Source: the human T2T-CHM13v2.0 reference genome, Homo sapiens
Direction: 5' to 3' (one strand)
Assembly: GCF_009914755.1 (NCBI RefSeq)
Contig: NC_060935.1
DNA: 64,000 nucleotides
Made by a program: the position numbers and the translations under genes. The notes beneath the pieces are model-generated. The model did not search any database, was not told the origin of the DNA, and worked only from the letters and a program-made list of their open reading frames with translations. The stretch's first letter is position 1. The number at the start of each line of letters is the position of its first letter. This document shows, piece after piece, positions 51,210 through 64,000 of this stretch.

Positions 51210-54200
51210 AACATAACCCACTGAAACAGGTTTTGTGGAGCTGCTTCTCTTTGCTGGTCTTTTTCCTTCACATTACTGGGGTTAGAACGCCAGGGCAGGG
51301 ATGAAAATGACCACATCCATTTGGATGGCACCCAACATAGTGACCCCAGCAGCTGACACTTCATGATGGAGCCAAGAAGACAGAGAGGCTTCGGGGGTTG
51401 TGCTGGAAGCATCATAAAAAGACCTGGGGGTCAAAATACTGGGCTAATTGTCTTCTCATAGAAGGGACACAGAGCTGAGATCGTGCCATTGTACTCCAGC
51501 CTGGGCGACACAGAGAGACTCCAGCTCAGAAAGAAAAAAATAGGTCACTGAAGCTCTTAGTTGAGGGAGTCAACCTCCTACTTCTCCCAAAGCCAATAAG
51601 AGATCATGAGAAGGCTGGGCACAGTGGCTCACGCCTGTAATCCCAGCACTTTGGGAGGCTGAGGCGGACAGGTCACCTGAGGTCAGGAGTTTGAGACCAG
51701 CCTGGCCAACATGGTGAAACCCTGTCTAATAAATTTACAAAAATGAGCTGGGTGTGGTGGTGCGCACCTATAATCCCAGCTACTCAGGAGGCTGAGCCAA
51801 GAGATCGCTTGAACCTGGAAGGCGGAGGTTGCAGTGAGCTGAGATCGCACCACTGCACTCCAGCCTGGGCGACAGAGCGAGACTCCATCTCAAAAAAAAA
51901 CAAAAAAAGAAAAGAGATCATGAGGAAAGGAAAGCAATCAGGAGAGTCACGAGAGGTAGACACTAATGGTGATGTCCCTAAGTAGATAGGACAGGGCAGA
52001 GTTGTCTGCAAGACGTGGACAGGAGAAGTGGAAGAAGCTGACACCCCACAGTCTTCCAGGATGCCCTTGTGATTCACTGGCTACCAAGACCAAGACTAAC
52101 AGTTAATCTCCCCAAGGTCCTAGGCAGAAAACACTGAACCCATCTCTTTCCCCATCTGTAACCAAAGAGAAAGGTCTTCCACTTCCCTGAGCAGAGGTTG
52201 TGAGACAGAGAATTAAGCATGTTCATTAGCATATATGCCCTAGAAAGGCAAAGAGGAAATGGAGCAGTTTCTCAGACTGGGCTTGGTAGCAAAATGTTCA
52301 ATGGAAAACACAGTTTCAGAATAAGTATAGAACATGCTACATTCTAGGCCCTTCCCCAGGGTTCACCAGCTACAGTTCCCAATCAAAGGCTCTGACAAGC
52401 CCTGCTGCAAAGTGATCTGTTTCTTTTTAACTCAGCTGAGCTTCATCTCAGACTCTCTCTTGCTAGTAAGTCTATTACAGCCCTGGGCTCCCCGGCATGC
52501 ATGCTGGGAAAATTCCCATAGCTCCTGCTTCTGGTGACAGCCGACCCAGGCTTTCTGCTGAAGACACAAGCCCAGAGGCTGGAGCTGGGCTCTAGGAAGG
52601 GCGGGGGTGAGCTCCAACACCCAGTCTCCCCAGGGTCACTCTCACCCTCCCAAGCCCATTTTCCATAGCTGAATAAACTTTAGGAAACATAAATTTCATC
52701 TCATCCCTTCCTTGCTTTAAACTCTTAATGCCTTCTTGCCATTGCCGTTGGAATAAAACAGCAAATCTTTGGCATAGTCCCACGTCCTGTGTGCTCCTTT
52801 CCCTCCAAACCTTCCCTGCTTCACTCTGATCCCGTTACCCCGAGCTCCCTCCACCCTGGCCTCCCACGGCCACAATAGCCCAAGTGTTTTCCCACCTCCA
52901 GACTTTGCACATGCTGTTCCCTTTGCCAGGGTTGCTTTTCCCTCTTTCTTGACTAGCTAACACCTAGCATCTGCAGACGTGGCTTAAATGTCACTTCTCA
53001 GCCAGGCTTGGTGGCTCACGCCTATAATCCCAGCACTTTGGGAGGCCGAGGTGGGCAGATTAACTGAGGTCAGGAATTTGAGACCAGCCTGGCCAACATG
53101 GTGAAACCCCATATCCACTAAAAATATACAAAAAATTAGCTGGGTGTGGTGGTGGGCACCTGTAGTCCCAGCTATTTAGGAGGCTGAGGCAGGAGAATCG
53201 CTTTAACCCAGGAGGTGGATGTTGCAGTGAGCCGAGATTGCACCACTGGACTCCAGCCTGGGCAACAAGAGCAAAACTCCGTCTCAAAAAAAAAAAAATG
53301 TCACTTCCCTGTAAAAGTGATCAGCCCTCCCTCACCACTCTCTCAGAGAGCCTGGGCCTACATTTTCCCTCATGGTACTTGGCACTACCTATAACCATGC
53401 ATTTCAGTGTTTAAGATTCACAAGGACAGGGATGGTGATGGTTTTAATTAGGTTTGAAGCCCAAGCAGCAAGAGCCGGGCTTGGCACATACTAGGAGGTC
53501 AATAAATATTTGCTGAATGAGTGATTAGAGAAGACTTTTTGAAAGGAACCATCTCAGATAGGATGAGAGTATGAGAGTGGGGATATGGTTTGACAAAGGC
53601 CATGTGAATAACAACAGGTGGGTCAGCTCCCACCCCCACCAACATTCCATCCCCGTCATATTCTGTCATGGGATAAGCAGGTGGATTTCTCAAGTTTCTG
53701 GGAAGGAATTTCACCCTGTCCTGGCTTCTTTGCTGGATTTATTTTTCTGATATTTCCCATGTACCTACTTTGAAGCTAGGCAGTGTGCTAGGCTCCGGGG
53801 ATATAGGAAGGCAGGTCTTCCTGGATCCTATCTGTTCTCCTGCACCTGATCCCAGCCTTCCTTCCTCCCCCATCTCAACACCAGCAGCTGCAGCTCAGCC
53901 TCTCTCGCCCAGCACCTCTTCCATTCCCACCCTGGGATTCCTGAACCCTGTCACAATCTAAAGACGTTCCTCATCAGACAGATCATTTGACCAGAAAGCC
54001 CTGTGCCAACATATCTGATTTCATCCTCCTCATGTTGCTGCACAACAGAAGATGAATTCACAATCCTTTCCTGCAGTCTCAGGCCTCTGCTCCATGCATC
54101 CTCCTCGAAGGGCCCTGGGGTCGAAGCACAGCTCCTTCCATCCTTTTCATTCACACTCATCCAGGAGTGTTATTTTAATCTCACAGGTCTCCTGCCCCAT

Positions 54201-54315
54201 CCATCCTCACCTGTCCCAAATGATCACTCCACACGCTGCTGGTGGGAGTGTAAACTGGCACCACCCTAAGAAGCATGATGTGGCTGTATCTATCAAAATT
54301 AAAAATGCATATGCC

Positions 54316-54637
<322 letters not shown>

Positions 54638-57600
54638 TCAAGATGATAAATATGCTAATTACTCTGATCTGATCACTAAACATTATATGTACAGAAACAT
54701 CCTTATGTACCCATAAATATGTACAATTATTACATGTCAATTAAAAAGAAAACAGCCAGGCACAGTAGCTCATGGTGTAACCCCAGCACTTGGGAAGGCC
54801 AAGGCGGCAGGACTGCTTCGGGCCATAGTTCAAGACCAGCCTGAGCAACATACCAAGACTTCATTTCTATTGTTTTTAATAAATAAATAAAAGGAAAAGA
54901 AAGAAGATGTGTATACAAGAGAACATTCATAGAGCACTGTTCCTAAGAACTCCACACTGGAAGCTACCCAAATGCCTATGAACTGAAAAAGAGAAAATAG
55001 CGGGTATATTGATGCAGAGGAATAATACACAGCAATGAAAATGACTGAGTAACAACTCCACACACCGCCATTCGTGGATGCCTCTCCTAAACATGATTTT
55101 GAGCAAAGAAGCGCAATGCAAACTAAAGTGCTTGTTATGTGGTACTGCTTAGCAAAAGTACAAAAACAGGTGAAATGAATCTTTGCTGTTTGGAAATCAG
55201 AGTAGTGATACGCTTGGTTTGGCCCTAGGATAGTGACTGGGAAGAGCCTGGGGTGGGCTCCAGGGGTACCTGACATGCTCTTTTGCTGGGTCTGGGTTGT
55301 GGTTACACGTGTGTGCTTGGTTTGTGAAAATTCATCAAGCTGTTTCTTATGATATGCACCTTTCTGTGTGCATATCATATTTTGAGAAAAGTTTTAAAAT
55401 GATCATGTAGATTTATAAAAATCACTTGTAAAATACAGAACCATGATTTTTCTTTTAAAAGCGGGTTCAGGTTGCAGATAGAGTAGCGCAGCAGAAGTGA
55501 GCTGGGCCCATCAAAGCGGGTTGCTTGCAAAACAACATGTGCCATATCTTGTGGTCCTATATTTGTAAGTAAATCAATATATTCATTTACTACGCCAGTG
55601 GTGGTTAGTTCTGGGTAGTGGGGTTAAAAGTCATTTTTAAAATTGTATTTATCTATAAATAATCTACAGTGATCATGTATTACTTCTATACTTGAGCCAA
55701 AAAAGTTATCATCAATTTAGCTTTGAAAACCTGCAGGCATCTCTGGAGAAGCAGCCCAGGTCTGGGACTGGGGAGTGGAAAACACAGTGTTCTCTTTGGT
55801 GTTGGAAGATCATGTCCCTGGGGTGAGACCTTGATTGAAAGCTGCTAGGGGACCAGCTGCCCCAATGCCTATCACACCAGCTTGATAACACTTATCATGC
55901 TTAAGTGCTCCATCTCAGCCTTGCCATGATTGGGTTCCTTAGATCTCATTCCATTGCTTGATTTGATTGGTTCATGGAACATTTATGAACACCTGTGCCA
56001 TTGGCAGGGGCTGCCCTGCATCAGAGACACTGCTACCAGTCCCCCTGAAAGCCAGGCAATACCATACTGAGTGCCAGGCAGGGCTAATGGCAAAGCAAAC
56101 GTTGCTGTCTAATCTTTCTGCCGGGCCAGTCTCGTACAATGAGATGTTGCGGCTTCCTTGCTGGCAGCCACGGATCAGCCCTGGCTGACAATCAGATCCC
56201 ATGGGAGCACGTGGTTGCAGAATCAGGATTCCCTTTTCCATCCCAAGGGTTCCTCTAGTAAAGGGGGCTGAGTGGAATGGCTTCTCCAAGTGCACCTGGG
56301 AGGGAGGCTGCAGCCATCATGGAATATTCCTGTCACACGCTAACCCATGAACAGAAACCAGGTGGATGTACATGGTCACATAGTCTGGCCAGGGACCAGA
56401 GCCTCCGGAGACCCAGGTTCAGGTCCCATCTGTGTCATTACTTAGTTATGTGAACCTGCACTGATCACTTAACCCCTTTGAGCTACATCACTTGCGAAAA
56501 AGTGGGGGTTATAGTATAATAATTCTTTTTTAAAATAATTCAAAGCATTCAGAAAAGCACAAATAGGCACACAAATGTAAGCACTGCTGTGTGGTGGGAG
56601 ATTTGCAGATGACCTGACCAACAATGTCACCTTCCCCCTTTTCAGATCACTCACATTACCTGAGCAGAAAAACAACTAGCAGAGCACTGAAATGGTCCCA
56701 AAAGAGGGAAGAGCAAGAGGCAATCAGGTGGATCCTTTTCGAGTTATCAACAAGGTTTCCAGTCCTGTTTTCTATTGCTGATGAGAAGTTAACACACATT
56801 GAATGACTTATAACAACTCACATTGACTCACTATCTCAGTTTCTGTGGGTCAGGAATCCAGGCTCGGTTCAGCTGAGGCCTCTGTCAGTCAGGGATGTCA
56901 GCCTGGTCTGTGGTCTCATCTGAGGCTTGACTGGAGAAGGATCTGCTTCCATGCTCACACGCTTGCTGGCAGGATTCAGTTACTTGCAGATTGTCACACT
57001 GAAAGCCTGAGTTCCTTGCTGGCTGTCAGCTGGAGGCCACCCTTCGTTCCTTCCTCTTGGGCCTCTTTATAGAGCAGCTTTCTTTATCAGAGTCAGCAAG
57101 GGGAAGAGTCTATACAGAGAGTGTGCTAGCAAGACACAAGCTACAAGCCTGTATAATGTCATCACAAAACTGACATCCCATCTACTTTGCTGTATCCTGT
57201 TAGTTAGAAGCAAGTCCTGCCTACACAAAAGGGGAGGGGATTATACAGGGGTGTGACCACCAGCAGCATGAATAATTGGGGGCCATCCTACAGTCTCTCT
57301 GCCATACCCCTGAATTGGTGTCAGCAAGCATGCCAGCGTCCCTCAGGGTGCTAAAATCTCTAATGTGGAGAAACATTATCATCTTCACCAATCTGAGAGC
57401 TTCCCCTCAATGTGATCCAAATATCCATCCAGGTGGAAAGGAAGAGCCCCTTCCACACCAGCTTTCCCTTCAACTGACCACAAATGCGCCAAAGGCACGG
57501 CCTAGTCCTACCATGCTCAGGGATGTACCCTCCGCAGCTAGAGCATCCCTGCACGGTACACAGCAAGTGCACAATAAGGCATTTGAATGAATGTGTAAAG

Positions 57601-58883
57601 GGGCTTGCACGTTTCTGCCTGGGGAATCTTCCTTCTGCTTCCCAAATATACTTCTCCTCTGCTCAAAATTCCCATGTGGGCCCCAGACAAGCTGTGCCCC
57701 CAAAATCAGTGCCCATCCTTGGGCTCCAAGCTCCCTCCCTTCCATCTGGTGGCAGCCTTGAGTGAGGGGATTCCATCTGGTGCCCCCAGAACTTAGGCAG
57801 CATCTTCAGGACCATCAGGTTCCTCACATGAGTGCTAGGATCAACCCATACTTAAGGTGACGGATACTCCAAATACCCTGACTTCATCATTACTCTTTCT
57901 ATGCATGTAACAGAATATCACATGAACCCAAAAAATATGTAAAATATTATGTATCCATAAAGAGAGAGAGGGCCAGGTGCAGTGTGGTTCACTGTAATCC
58001 CAGCACTTTGAGAAGCTGAGGCAGGAAGATCGCTTGAGCCCAGGAGTTCGAAACCAGCCTGGGCCACATAGTGAAGCCCTGTCTCTACAGAAAATACAAA
58101 AGTTAGCTGGGTGTAGTGGCTCATGCCTTTCGTCCCAGCTACTCAGAGCCTGAGGCCAGAGGACTGATTGAGCGTGGGAGGTTGAGGCTGCAGTAAGCCA
58201 TGTTCATGCCACTACGCTCTACCCTGAGTGACAGAATAAGACCCTGTCTCAAAAAAAAAGAAAGGGAGAGAGAGAGAGAGAAGCTTGAGAGGAAGAGAAG
58301 GAGGCACCAGAGGACGTGAACGTGGAAAATACAAGGGCTAGTCATACTGGAGTAACATTCACAGTTAAAAAAAAGAAAAGAAAACAAAAGAAAATGGGCC
58401 CAGGATTCACATTTGGGGCACAAAGATTTCAACTAACTGGGGAGTGTGTAATGTCAATGTGTTTTCTACCAACCACCACTGTCCCTGAACTTATCCACAC
58501 TGCCCACTCCTCAATACTCACCTGGAGGCACTGGGGGCAACTTGGAGCTTTTATAGAACCTGTGGCTCTCATGGCTGGACAGTCTGAGGATGCCCCAGGG
58601 GATCCGATTTCAGAACAAGACCCTGAGACAGGGCTTCCTATCTACCTGGTGACCTCCCCGCTCCCCTGTCCTCCTCCCCAGCAATTTCTGCATCAGAGTT
58701 TTCACTCTACTTTCTTCACTGAATAAAAGCTCACAAAGTGGAGGATCCATTGGGTTGGTAAGGATCCTCTTTCTTTTTTCTTTTGTCTTTTTTTTTTTGT
58801 TATTGTTGTTGTTTTGTTTGAGACGGAGTCTAGCTCTGTCACGCAGGCTGGAGTACAGAGGCAAGATCTCGTCTCATTGCAAC

Positions 58884-59852
<969 letters not shown>

Positions 59853-60448
59853 TAGGCTAGTCAGACGCCCAACAACCCCACACAATGACACTTATGTGGG
59901 GAATTGTGTCCTGAGTCCCAAACGACTGACCCCCCCAATGTGCTGTGAATAAGCAGTGACCACAACCAGTACCACCTATGACTGAGTCGGGAGGCTGCTC
60001 TCTAAGAACCCCAGCTGCATGCCCTCTGGGACAAATCAGGCCACCTGGGGCTCCTTCACATCTCTCCAATGCTGTGTTAAACGCACTTTTAACCAACTTT
60101 GTCAAAATGCTCAGCTGGTAAAGTTTTAACGTAGGCCCTTGTCAATGCTTCAGAAATAAGCCTCTGGCGGCGCGACAGAGCAAAACTCCGTCAGGAAAGT
60201 AAGGAAAGAAAGGAAAGGAAGGAAGGAAAGAGAGAAAGAGAAAGAAGGAAAGAAAGGAAAGAAAAGAAAGGAAACAAAGGAAAAGAAAACAAATAAGCCT
60301 CCAGGTCATTGCTTAGAAAGAAAAAGAAAGAAAAAAAAAGAAAAGAAAAAAGAAAGAAAAAAGCCTCTAGGTCATTGCTCCTCTCTCTCTCTGCGGGTCC
60401 ACCCCCATGGCACCCTCCCCCCTCCCCATGGTGCAAGGTTACAATGGA

Positions 60449-60655
60449 AAGTGCCTCAGCTGGAAAGGTCTCAGAATGTGGCTCAGGGCAGCCACAATCT
60501 TATCAGGAGCTTCTCTGTTTGGGATCAGGGGAACCGGTGACTTTCAGAGGCCGATAAGGCGGGACCCAACTTGTATATAAGGGGCAGCTCATGCTGCTGC
60601 TCTGCACCTTCCTCCCGTCTTGCCTTCTCCCTCGAGTTGGGACCCGGGAAGAACC
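60449..60655 (+). promoter_or_regulatory. PGA copy 3 proximal promoter and 5' UTR
   Basis: TATATAA 60574-60580 with the same GATA and GC-box arrangement. Confidence 0.85.
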
Positions 60656-63897
<3,242 letters not shown>

Positions 63898-64000
63898 TAA
63901 AGGGATGAGTGATATGATCCCTGCGGTCAAAGACTACACAGTCTGAGGGCAGAGAGAAGCTCTCCTCAATAACCACAGGCTGGGAGAGGAAGTATGGGGG

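Overview
Human (primate) genomic DNA containing the pepsinogen A tandem gene cluster. Bases 1 to ~16,300 are non-duplicated intergenic sequence dense in Alu, L1 and LTR elements. Then follow ~18.8-19.2 kb tandem units, each carrying a + strand 9-exon pepsinogen A gene. Copy 1 (CDS 23097-32231, 388 aa, K58/L92) and copy 2 (41933-51063, 388 aa, E58/V92) are complete and intact; copy 3 (ATG 60656) is cut off by the window after exon 3. The order matches the reference PGA3-PGA4-PGA5 arrangement, but the copy-3 identity cannot be confirmed here. I find no wholly new gene system, and the non-PGA ORFs look like Alu or antisense noise. The interesting content is structural: (1) a chimeric Alu that has lost one target-site duplication marks the original duplication junction; (2) the array has two ages and a gene-conversion patchwork across promoters and intron 2; (3) an ERV9/LTR12 upstream of each gene is intact in copy 1 but lacks its core promoter in copies 2 and 3; (4) intron 7 is in frame and stop-free; (5) intron 5 holds a compact inverted-Alu hairpin; (6) an LTR12C stub suggests a deletion scar.
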